Translations under genes and position numbers: made by a program
Shown: one piece after another, positions 28,743 through 36,076 of the stretch
How positions within the stretch are numbered: the stretch's first letter is position 1
Layout of the letters: the number at the start of each line of letters is the position of its first letter
Source of the DNA: a virus
IMG/VR virus record: IMGVR_UViG_3300029258_004576
Direction: 5' to 3' (one strand)
Length of the DNA: 36,076 nucleotides
The notes under the pieces: model-generated
Told to the model about the DNA's origin: nothing
What the model saw: the letters and a program-made list of their open reading frames with translations, nothing else
The model's database searches: none

Positions 28743-28827
28743 TCAAAATAATAGGTTTCTTGCTTTCTTAGGGGAAAAACTAACTGGAGGGGCTCTAGAT
28801 CTTTTGCATTCATGTGAATCTATTCAT
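28743..28827 (-). promoter_or_regulatory. Putative leaderless uORF (MNRFT-UGAA) with RAPP arrest motif in the +1 frame and an anti-SD
   Basis: ATG AAT AGA TTC ACA TGAA TGC AAA AGA TCT AGA GCC CCT CCA GTT AGT TTT TCC CCT ... TTT TGA. Confidence 0.55.
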
Positions 28828-28833
28828 GGAACC

Positions 28834-28861
28834 ATGATAGCACATCGCCTATAACTGTCAA
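28834..28861 (-). promoter_or_regulatory. Sigma70-type promoter
   Basis: TTGACA-16 nt-TATCAT with extended -10 TG; ATG 6 nt past the -10 box. Confidence 0.72.
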
Positions 28862-28934
28862 CGCCTCCGCTGAGACTCGAACTCAGACACGGGGGACTGA
28901 AAGCACCCAGCTCTACCAATTGAGCTACAGAGGC
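28862..28934 (-). tRNA. tRNA with atypical anticodon arm: Glu(TTC) if 7-nt loop, or 8-nt loop with TTCA; no encoded CCA
   Basis: GCCTCTG TA GCTC AATTGGTA GAGC T GGGTG CTTTCAGT CCCCC GTGT CTGAG TTCGAGT CTCAG CGGAGGC G; intact acceptor, D and T arms. Confidence 0.88.
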
Positions 28935-28945
28935 TATTCTTATTA

Positions 28946-28987
28946 CTCAAACGTCACCATCTTCATCCTGTACCCTCTTCTTTCTTC
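28946..28987. repeat. 42-bp direct repeat, copy 2
   Basis: Identical to 28266..28307, 680 bp apart. Confidence 0.95.
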
Positions 28988-29388
28988 GCCTTGATCATAT
29001 CACCAATGGAAACCTTCAAAGATTTTGAACTATCTTTTTTCGGCCCATTCCTACGCTTACGTCGCTCACCTTTCCCCCAGTCATCTTTCCCTCTGCCAAA
29101 ATTTTTATTTCCGATTTCATCCCCCACACCTTGCTGAACTTTGCCAAAAAACGGACCATCAGGTTTCAACATCTTCGACAAAACTTTCAACATCATCCCT
29201 TGGTCTACAATTTTGACACTCAACTCCTGTATAGCTTTTTCTAGAAAATGATGAAGAAGTAGGTCTTCCACCTTCCCCCCCAAACCTTTCATCAACAAAA
29301 GCTCTACAACGTTCATCTGTGCATCCGTTAAATCATTGAGTCCCCATTTATTTTGTTTTTTTAACATCTCGTCATCCCCTTTGTCCAA
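28963..29388 (-). CDS. Hypothetical protein
   Basis: 141-aa ORF with basic C-terminus. Confidence 0.7.
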   Translation of the reverse strand: MDKGDDEMLKKQNKWGLNDLTDAQMNVVELLLMKGLGGKVEDLLLHHFLEKAIQELSVKIVDQGMMLKVLSKMLKPDGPFFGKVQQGVGDEIGNKNFGRGKDDWGKGERRKRRNGPKKDSSKSLKVSIGDMIKAKKEEGTG

Positions 29389-30073
29389 AATCGAGCACTT
29401 CCTGACTCAATATTTTCGCCGCTATCTCGCAATATCGCTCCTCAATCTCTATACCAATTCCCTTGCGGCCTAGATCTTTAGCAACTCTCAATGTAGTACC
29501 AGACCCCATAAAAGGATCCAAAACTGTCTCACCTTCAAGCGAACCTTTGTTCAACAACCACTTCCAAGAATTATAAGGTTTCGGACAAGGATGCCCATTC
29601 TTCGGAGCTAATTCGTTTACCATCCTACCCGTCGATGACGTCCCCCTCCTCCCTTGTCTCGGATCTATCCCATAATAAAGTATCGGAGACAATGAGTTAA
29701 GTCCCCACTCTGTCCATCCTGTCGATGATGGATAAAAAAAACATCCCATTGTAACCGGAACAGGATACATCCATAGACATCGATTACCAGGAGTAACAAT
29801 AGCTCGCTCTGAAATATTAATCCCCATCCTAATCATAGGCACTACAACTTCAGATACATACTTCTCCGTATCCTCCCACCCTGCACTCCGGATTTCATAT
29901 TTCATTTTCCCACACTTAGCATTTCCGTTACCACGTCCGCCGTTAAGCCCATAAGGCGGATCAGTCAACATGAAATCTACCGTATCAAATACCACCTCAA
30001 GTTGAGGTAACACAGCCATGCAATCAGCATGATAAATGGTGCAACTTCCATCTTGATAATATGGATAAATCAC
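29372..30073 (-). CDS. DNA N6-adenine/N4-cytosine methyltransferase (beta class)
   Basis: TDPPY, HPCPKP, LDPFMGSGTT, GIEIEERYCEIA. Confidence 0.93.
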   Translation of the reverse strand: MIYPYYQDGSCTIYHADCMAVLPQLEVVFDTVDFMLTDPPYGLNGGRGNGNAKCGKMKYEIRSAGWEDTEKYVSEVVVPMIRMGINISERAIVTPGNRCLWMYPVPVTMGCFFYPSSTGWTEWGLNSLSPILYYGIDPRQGRRGTSSTGRMVNELAPKNGHPCPKPYNSWKWLLNKGSLEGETVLDPFMGSGTTLRVAKDLGRKGIGIEIEERYCEIAAKILSQEVLDFGQRG

Positions 30074-31032
30074 CTTTTCCTCCTTGGATACGATCTCGTA
30101 TCTTCGTACCCGGCCAACAAAGAAGTAACACGCTCCCGGATCTTCTCAAACGACTCGTGCTGATCTTCCAACCGTCTATTCAATCTCTTCCCACCCTTCT
30201 TTTTCAGCATCTTCTCTTTGCTCAAGATCGCACTACTATTGATGTCCCAATCTCGATACAGAAAATTACCAAGCTCGTCCGTCTCAAGTAAGTTTGCACA
30301 TGTCAAAACTGTCATGACGTCATACATACCAAATAAATGCTGCTGAAAAGTATCCAACCATCTAACTATATGCGCTCTCTGCTTCTCCACCCCATTATCA
30401 GCCGTCGCCTTATGCAACTCCGAATAAACATTGTTTTCAAAATCCTTATGATTCTGATTCGGCCATGTCGACCGTCCATGCTCTTTGAGGAACCTCTCTA
30501 CCGCACGCATACCCGCCACAGCCCCAAGATGTAACGGGCTCTCCTGTAACACTCGCGCCGCTGCTTCCTGGACAGCCTTGCCCCTCTCCTTCTGCATCGA
30601 ACGAGCTAAGCTGGCTACAAACATATTATCCAACGTCGGTTCAGCCTTTCGAGCAGCATGTCGTTTGACCATCAACTGCTCTTCTCCACGAGGACACATC
30701 CAACCCGCCCCTTCCGGCAACTCCTCCTCCTTGACGACATTCGATGGAGCCACATACCAAAACTCGTTGCAGTACTCCCTTGCCCAAGCATTTTTTTTAG
30801 GATTCTTCAGCTCGTTCAAAAAATCCGCCCTGGAGATCTTTATCTCAAACGCTCGCTTGGTGAAACCATCAGAAGGCCACAAATCTACCACGACGACGTC
30901 AACCCAACTCCTACACCTGTACCCCGTGCCGTTGGCTACCTGCTCGAACAACGAATGCCTCTGCTTGTCGTCATATCTCTTTCGCAACCTGTTTACCAAG
31001 TTTCCCGACGTATACGTTTTTTTGAGTTTCAT
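30070..31032 (-). CDS. MmcB-like PD-(D/E)xK nuclease-fold protein
   Basis: EQV...VDVVVVDLWPS...AFEIKISRADFLNELKNPKK...FWYVAP...ELPEGAG. Confidence 0.75.
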   Translation of the reverse strand: MKLKKTYTSGNLVNRLRKRYDDKQRHSLFEQVANGTGYRCRSWVDVVVVDLWPSDGFTKRAFEIKISRADFLNELKNPKKNAWAREYCNEFWYVAPSNVVKEEELPEGAGWMCPRGEEQLMVKRHAARKAEPTLDNMFVASLARSMQKERGKAVQEAAARVLQESPLHLGAVAGMRAVERFLKEHGRSTWPNQNHKDFENNVYSELHKATADNGVEKQRAHIVRWLDTFQQHLFGMYDVMTVLTCANLLETDELGNFLYRDWDINSSAILSKEKMLKKKGGKRLNRRLEDQHESFEKIRERVTSLLAGYEDTRSYPRRKR

Positions 31033-31041
31033 TCTGTATCC

Positions 31042-31593
31042 CTATCTCAACATTTCAATCAACCGATCAAGTTGCCATTGCCCCTCGGCCTCTACTGCTT
31101 CCCGTGCATAAATCGTATTTTCCCTCGCGGCTGCCCACTCCACCGACCGTGCCACTACTGTTGTATCCCACGATGATCGCTTCTCAGAACTAATCGAAAA
31201 CATCGCCACGTCTATTGCCAACTTAATCACAGAATTTGTCATAACTCGTTCCAAGCCCATCATCAAAAACAATCTTTCCATAGAACGATCAACACCACTA
31301 AGCCATTCCTTCGCCCACTGCTCTATATTACGTTCACCACAACAGAGAGCATACTTTTCAACAACACGATCAGCACAAACTCCTCTATGCCTCGCACAAA
31401 TTTCCACCCCAACAACATCTCTACGTAACACTACCCACAACCGATCCACCATACGAATATCCAAATGCAGAACCTCCAACGGTGTCAATGATTGACGTCC
31501 GTTAAATATTATCGCGAGTTTTTCATCTGAATACATGCCACTATCACGACGCCCACACGCCTTCCATTCATCAAGTTTCTCTATCGTTATCAA
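31042..31593 (-). CDS. Hypothetical protein
   Basis: 183-aa ORF in operon. Confidence 0.7.
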   Translation of the reverse strand: MITIEKLDEWKACGRRDSGMYSDEKLAIIFNGRQSLTPLEVLHLDIRMVDRLWVVLRRDVVGVEICARHRGVCADRVVEKYALCCGERNIEQWAKEWLSGVDRSMERLFLMMGLERVMTNSVIKLAIDVAMFSISSEKRSSWDTTVVARSVEWAAARENTIYAREAVEAEGQWQLDRLIEMLR

Positions 31594-31594
31594 C

Positions 31595-32098
31595 TCAATC
31601 CCCCTTTGGATTCAAAGAAGACAGATCTAAATTATTCTCCTTCAAACACTTGACTATCCTACTGAGTTCCTCCTCTTGTAACTTGTTAAAATGCTCCCTC
31701 GCAAACAGCATCTCTTTCAACTTTTGAATCTCTGTTCTTTTACGCTCCACATCACCTAAAGCAAACGCTCTAGCCGACGTCATTTGATTCAACTGATCCT
31801 GTAACTCGCTGTTACGCGATGCCAGCATATCTACAACAGTGTCAGATTCTTTGTCATAGTCGATAACGAAAAAAGCATCGTCTTCTAAATACTTCGCAAT
31901 ATCGATTGTTAATCGATTCAAACTATTCTCTCCCCCCTTCTCGCAGAACCCAATCAGATCATCAAACTCACTTTCTTTGCCTATCTGTCCCCGCGTATAC
32001 CCTACCAATAATTTCTTTGATGCATGACGGGCAACATTGAAAAATTTCTCGCATCGCAATAAAAAATCCTTCATGTCACTAGTCGTATATAAACTCAT
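31595..32098 (-). CDS. Hypothetical coiled-coil protein
   Basis: 167-aa ORF, ATGA overlap. Confidence 0.7.
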   Translation of the reverse strand: MSLYTTSDMKDFLLRCEKFFNVARHASKKLLVGYTRGQIGKESEFDDLIGFCEKGGENSLNRLTIDIAKYLEDDAFFVIDYDKESDTVVDMLASRNSELQDQLNQMTSARAFALGDVERKRTEIQKLKEMLFAREHFNKLQEEELSRIVKCLKENNLDLSSLNPKGD

Positions 32099-32841
32099 CC
32101 TCTCAACCTTTCTTCAATCGCCTCTTCGATCTCCCAACTCTCTCTAACCTTCTCAACCGAAAACTCGACGACCCACACCAACGGATTATCTTTCCACAAA
32201 CATCCCGGTCTTTTTTTGTTAATCGAATCCCACTTCTCTGCAAACCAATCTCTGTAAATACTCCCAGTCCCATAGTTGTTCAATTCTGGACAACGCGGTG
32301 CACCCTCTGCTATTGCATCCTCGTGACTGATCGCTTGTAACCGCTCCACTCTCGTATTCATGACGTACAAATCTATCCGACTCGCCCACCTCGGCATGTG
32401 TATCGAACGTCGCCATCGATTCTCGGTCGACCCCCACGGACCATGATTGGGATCTTCTGGTAACGGATCGTACCTGCCTGCCCGATATTCTATCTGTACA
32501 GCAGATCTTATCTCCTTCAACATATCCAGAATATCCCTTGGAGCAATGTGGTTATAGGCAGGGTTAGCTATCCACTCCTCCCTCACCCACAAAATATCTC
32601 CCCGAGTTCCATACGGACATTTGATGACCTTCTCCAGCCCCCACTGACCAGGTGGTTTACCCTCTCTGTAAATACCAAATTCACCGGGCTCGTACGCCGT
32701 TACTCCAGGCTCCCACGGAGAAACAACAACAGGAGCACCAGTCGGCGGCTGTGACCGAAGTATCCTCCTCGTCATAGTCTTATCCCAACTAAGAGTAGGA
32801 GGTATCAACCCAGCACTGATCAACAACGGATACTCGCTCAT
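32095..32841 (-). CDS. ASCH/PUA-like phage protein
   Basis: KTMTRR, CPYGTRGDILWVRE, SIHMPRWASRI, VERLQAIS..DAIAEG, NPLVWVVEF; start at MSEYP. Confidence 0.8.
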   Translation of the reverse strand: MSEYPLLISAGLIPPTLSWDKTMTRRILRSQPPTGAPVVVSPWEPGVTAYEPGEFGIYREGKPPGQWGLEKVIKCPYGTRGDILWVREEWIANPAYNHIAPRDILDMLKEIRSAVQIEYRAGRYDPLPEDPNHGPWGSTENRWRRSIHMPRWASRIDLYVMNTRVERLQAISHEDAIAEGAPRCPELNNYGTGSIYRDWFAEKWDSINKKRPGCLWKDNPLVWVVEFSVEKVRESWEIEEAIEERLRG

Positions 32842-33107
32842 CTCACTCCTTCTTTCTGACGACCCATCATGCGGTGATAAACAAACATCGCAAACGCACC
32901 CACATCTACTGCCTCCAAACAAATATCTGAGTCAGACTCCCCCTCGAAATAAGCCGTACACAATTCGTCTACCTCATCTCCAAGACGACCAATGAGCCAC
33001 GATACCGACTCCTCTTTCCACTCATCGCCCCTGTCCCCATCATGCTTCTGTATTTTCTTCTCCATAGCCAATGCAAAATCCATGATCTCTTTTCTTATCT
33101 CAACCAT
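32838..33107 (-). CDS. MazG-like all-alpha NTP pyrophosphatase-fold protein
   Basis: DEVDEL ... EAVDV acidic motifs. Confidence 0.55.
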   Translation of the reverse strand: MVEIRKEIMDFALAMEKKIQKHDGDRGDEWKEESVSWLIGRLGDEVDELCTAYFEGESDSDICLEAVDVGAFAMFVYHRMMGRQKEGVR

Positions 33108-33117
33108 CCACTCACCT
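33088..33117. repeat. 30-bp direct repeat, copy 1 (RBS + MVEIRK)
   Basis: tcttttcttatctcaaccatccactcacct, identical at 33515..33544. Confidence 0.93.
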
Positions 33118-33505
33118 GTCCTTTTAAATCCTCTCTTCTCATTCTCCTAAACCCCAAAAAAGAACCTAACTCCAAAGACCTCCCGCACTCAGTACATTGG
33201 TGACCTACAACCTTACCATTTTCAACCACATGACCTTCTGGACAAACAACTTCATACTCGATTGCAATTGCCCCGTATCCAGACTTGTCCACACCAAACA
33301 AACCATTGAGTATACCGAGAACGCCAACAAGATACGTCCCATCAAGGGTGTCTCGCACCTGGATGGTAGGATCATCTGCCAACTTCCGATTGCAAAATAC
33401 TCGCGTATTCACCAACGCAAGGATTGCACTTTTGTCACTCTCTGTAGCCCGATTCAAAACTTCAATCACATGATCTACGGATATAGTTTCACTTATCACT
33501 TGCAC
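33095..33505 (-). CDS. Hypothetical protein flanked by the 30-bp repeat
   Basis: LADDPTIQV...VGVLGILNGLFG plus C-terminal Zn ribbon. Confidence 0.75.
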   Translation of the reverse strand: MQVISETISVDHVIEVLNRATESDKSAILALVNTRVFCNRKLADDPTIQVRDTLDGTYLVGVLGILNGLFGVDKSGYGAIAIEYEVVCPEGHVVENGKVVGHQCTECGRSLELGSFLGFRRMRREDLKGQVSGWLR

Positions 33506-33514
33506 ACTCCTGTA

Positions 33515-33544
33515 TCTTTTCTTATCTCAACCATCCACTCACCT
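33515..33544. repeat. 30-bp direct repeat, copy 2
   Basis: Identical to 33088..33117. Confidence 0.93.
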
Positions 33545-33555
33545 CTCAAAGATGT

Positions 33556-33756
33556 TCAATCCACCTCTACTATTTTGGCTTTCGAATACGACTTGTGTTT
33601 TCTCGCTCTCGTCAGCGCTGCCTTGGCATCCTGCTTGCGAGAATACCGCCTTGCATTCGCCCTAATCATCGTACAGCCTGGAAAACAATCCCTTGGAGGA
33701 TATGCCCACGGAACATACCAAGCACCAGGTACCAACTCGACTATGAACATTTTCAC
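33556..33756 (-). CDS. Hypothetical protein
   Basis: 66-aa basic ORF. Confidence 0.6.
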   Translation of the reverse strand: MKMFIVELVPGAWYVPWAYPPRDCFPGCTMIRANARRYSRKQDAKAALTRARKHKSYSKAKIVEVD

Positions 33757-33788
33757 TCACTCATCTTACTGGTTTGCTCATCCAACCA

Positions 33789-33838
33789 TTGACATCCTCC
33801 CCGCTCTGAAGAACGGGGCTTTACGGTGCGTTCGATAA
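33789..33838 (+). mobile_element. Isolated IS200/IS605-like terminal palindrome (remnant)
   Basis: TTGAC-ATCCT-CCCCGCTC-TGAA-GAACGGGG-CTTTACGG resembles IS605-type subterminal hairpins; no tnpA/tnpB nearby. Confidence 0.55.
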
Positions 33839-33869
33839 CTGGTAACTATGTGTTAACTTATATAACCAC

Positions 33870-34757
33870 TTAACAAATACCTTCCGGAAATTGACCCCAT
33901 ACGCTGCCACCCAACTCAGGCATCTTTATTATCTTATCTTTAGGCCGTACCCCCCCTAGCTGTTTCAAGAAAAACGGTGTCCCCGCCGTTACACATTGAT
34001 CCCGCAACGACTTCACCCACTCCTTTCGCGTATACCTTCGACTCGGCCCACTCTCACACCCGCAAATTACCCAGTTCAATCTTGGAGTCTTGTTAAGCAT
34101 TGGATCGGTTTCAAAAAACGGCTCTAACCAACCTCGCTCATGCTGTAATTCTATCGGCCCCAACATCGGCTCACAGCTGATAAAATGTAACACCGCTGGA
34201 CATTTCAATAACGACGGTACGCGCCAGTCAACCTCCCTTTGATCCTCACCCGTTACGCCCAACCACACATTAGGCAAAGGCCAAGGAATCGGTATGTCAA
34301 AATCAGATGCCACTATCACAGAAGAACCAACAATCTTCTCCAGCTCCTTAATACATCCCATGGCTAAAGAACTCTCAGAATACATTCGACTCTTTAACCA
34401 ATTAAACCACTTAATCATACTGAGAGGACGCTTGGTCAAAATCTGAAATGTCAAATGTGGATTCGCAGCCATCGTGCCAAATACCGCTGCAACAAACTCA
34501 TCCGATATGTCAGCGTGAAACAAATCCCCCATCGAGCTGACAAACACCCTGCACGGCTTCCTCCAGTGGAACGGCTGCTCAAGTAATCCCATATGCTCAA
34601 CAACGTCGAACCCATGCTCGTACTTTTTGTGACCCATCGTTTGGAGTCTCTTTGCCATCCGCTCTGCGAAACAATTGTCACACCCAGCGCTCATCCAGGT
34701 GCATCCCGTCGTTACTGACCACGTTTTGTCCGTCCACTCAATCTTGCTTCTACCCAT
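33870..34757 (-). CDS. Phage Gp37/Gp68 family (DUF5131) radical-SAM-like protein
   Basis: SKIEWTDKTW, GCTWMSAGCDNCFA, SMGDLFH, FQILTKR, SCEPMLG, WVICGCESG, FFLKQLGG. Confidence 0.92.
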   Translation of the reverse strand: MGRSKIEWTDKTWSVTTGCTWMSAGCDNCFAERMAKRLQTMGHKKYEHGFDVVEHMGLLEQPFHWRKPCRVFVSSMGDLFHADISDEFVAAVFGTMAANPHLTFQILTKRPLSMIKWFNWLKSRMYSESSLAMGCIKELEKIVGSSVIVASDFDIPIPWPLPNVWLGVTGEDQREVDWRVPSLLKCPAVLHFISCEPMLGPIELQHERGWLEPFFETDPMLNKTPRLNWVICGCESGPSRRYTRKEWVKSLRDQCVTAGTPFFLKQLGGVRPKDKIIKMPELGGSVWGQFPEGIC

Positions 34758-34981
34758 CAGCTTTCTCCTGTCTTCCTCAACCTCTCCAGCAAATCATCCC
34801 ACGCCAACTGAAGCCTCTCCTGATCCTTCTCATCGAGATCTTCGTCCTCGTACAAAAACTCATTATTGTGACCATTGTTCAGTAAATGAAACGCACACCT
34901 GTGAGCCATCTTCCTCGCCTCTACTCGGGTCATTTTGACCTCGCATTCTTTGCTGTTCAACTTTGATCGCGTCATGGTCAT
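34757..34981 (-). CDS. Hypothetical protein
   Basis: 74-aa ORF coupled to neighbours. Confidence 0.55.
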   Translation of the reverse strand: MTMTRSKLNSKECEVKMTRVEARKMAHRCAFHLLNNGHNNEFLYEDEDLDEKDQERLQLAWDDLLERLRKTGES

Positions 34982-35259
34982 AACTCATCGAGCCTGCGGC
35001 GTGATCTACACAAGTCGCAATTGACGTGATCTGGATTGGCGCATGTAGAGTGATAATCGCTCCGTTTGCCGCACGCGGTCCAACACCACAGACCGGCGAG
35101 GTTGCCCTCGCCATCTTCCGCAAGGTGGACACACCCCCGACGCCTTCGCATATCCACTGACGCCGTGACGAGCACCCCACGATCAGGCATGTCAATTGTC
35201 TTGGCAACGCGCACCAGATCCTCGGCCAGACATATGCGGCAAACCGGAGGTTTCATCAC
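34978..35259 (-). CDS. Cys-rich hypothetical protein
   Basis: VHL...TACG...VNCDLC zinc-finger-like motif. Confidence 0.6.
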   Translation of the reverse strand: MMKPPVCRICLAEDLVRVAKTIDMPDRGVLVTASVDMRRRRGCVHLAEDGEGNLAGLWCWTACGKRSDYHSTCANPDHVNCDLCRSRRRLDEL

Positions 35260-35483
35260 TCATGCCCCAAAGCACAAGGGTCCTCGTGCTTTATGCTGAA
35301 AATGCTCTTATCCTTGGCCATCACACGCAGGCACGATGCACACGTAACCTTGTCGGGATCTGCGGTGTTATTCCCGTCGGCACGTATCTTGTCGGCCTTC
35401 AGGCCAGAGCAGCACGCAGCCCAACCCGGTAGGATTTTCGTCCTCGACGTTCTAACCGCCCCGGAATAGTGGATTTTAGCCAT
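35256..35483 (-). CDS. Small zinc-finger-like protein
   Basis: AAGGAGG RBS; IH...AACC...VTCASC. Confidence 0.7.
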   Translation of the reverse strand: MAKIHYSGAVRTSRTKILPGWAACCSGLKADKIRADGNNTADPDKVTCASCLRVMAKDKSIFSIKHEDPCALGHE

Positions 35484-35521
35484 GGTTCGCCTCCTTGCTT
35501 GTTAGAAAGCTAACACAAACA

Positions 35522-35770
35522 TTAAATGCACACAATTTCATTTTTTACGCCAGATACCACCGGCTCGTACCGCTGTAAAAAATCGTCTGCCAAACACCTG
35601 CTTATCCTGCCCTCACCAATACTGATCTGAACCAACAACGAACCCTTAAATACACCGCTGCTTGGAACAAAAACTTTCAACACCTTCACCCGATTATTGC
35701 TCGACCTATGTTTCCACGTACCCCCCGCTGTCAACCTGTGATCTGGTATATCCGCAACACTCATTATCAC
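35522..35770 (-). CDS. Hypothetical protein
   Basis: 82-aa ORF, WKH...FLQRYEP. Confidence 0.55.
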   Translation of the reverse strand: MIMSVADIPDHRLTAGGTWKHRSSNNRVKVLKVFVPSSGVFKGSLLVQISIGEGRISRCLADDFLQRYEPVVSGVKNEIVCI

Positions 35771-35851
35771 CTGCCATCCGTTTCATTTTTGAAATTAACA
35801 CGTCTTCACATATTAGCTCGATTTCCCCTCGCAAAGCATTTTTAAAGCACA

Positions 35852-36076
35852 TTCAAATATTTTCAAACACCCTTCTGGTATTCCCCTTCAAATATTTTCA
35901 AACACCTTTGTGAGATCCCGTACCCCCTGGTGTTCCCCTTCTGGTATTCCCCTTCAAATATTTCAAACACCTTTGTGGGATCCAGTACCCCTTCTGATAT
36001 TCCCCCTAGTGTTCCCCCCCTGGTATTTTCCCCCTAGTGTTCCCCCCCTGGTATTTTCCCCCTAGTGTTCCCCCCC
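35852..36076. repeat. Nested C-rich repeat tract running off the window
   Basis: ttcaaatatt(t)tcaaacacc at 35852, 35887 and 35953; about 66-bp duplication; 28-bp tandem tccccctagtgttccccccctggtattt at 36001, 36029 and 36057 (partial). Confidence 0.9.

Noticed and set aside
28862-28934. tRNA-Sec or standard 7-nt-loop opal suppressor (UCA)
   Set aside because: There is no long variable arm or extended acceptor stem, and a 7-nt loop centred on UCA would close on a C.C mismatch.
11695-30073. Restriction-modification systems around the two methyltransferases
   Set aside because: No clear cognate restriction enzyme; the adjacent MmcB-like gene is a common stand-alone phage gene, so orphan anti-restriction methylases are more likely.
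1-36076. Genome-wide stop-codon reassignment (UGA as sense)
   Set aside because: Long genes are intact under code 11, and many end in TGA with ATGA-type overlaps; only one in-frame TGA was found.
35852-36076. CRISPR array
   Set aside because: The repeats are tandem or nested without unique spacers, and no cas genes are present.

Overview
Fragment of a large tailed dsDNA bacteriophage with a T4-like packaging module; almost all genes are on the minus strand. The left part is DNA packaging: a T4 gp20-like portal with three inteins, a large terminase with two inteins, a probable small terminase and an HNH protein. The rest is a dense accessory region: two DNA methyltransferases, an ADP-ribosyltransferase-like gene, an intein-containing ThyX, a papain-like protease, two LRR paralogs, MmcB-like, ASCH-like and DUF5131 genes, a three-gene plus-strand island and a C-rich repeat tract at the right edge. 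The most unusual element is a 680-bp module at about 28266-28987 bounded by a perfect 42-bp direct repeat. It carries a tRNA that can fold with an 8-nt anticodon loop (UUCA, complementary to UGAA), a sigma70-type promoter and a probably leaderless uORF MNRFT-UGAA. The +1 frame of that uORF encodes a RAPP arrest motif beside an anti-SD able to sequester the RBS of the next gene. This is a candidate natural quadruplet-decoding/frameshift-controlled translational switch. Family assignments come from motif recognition, not database searches.
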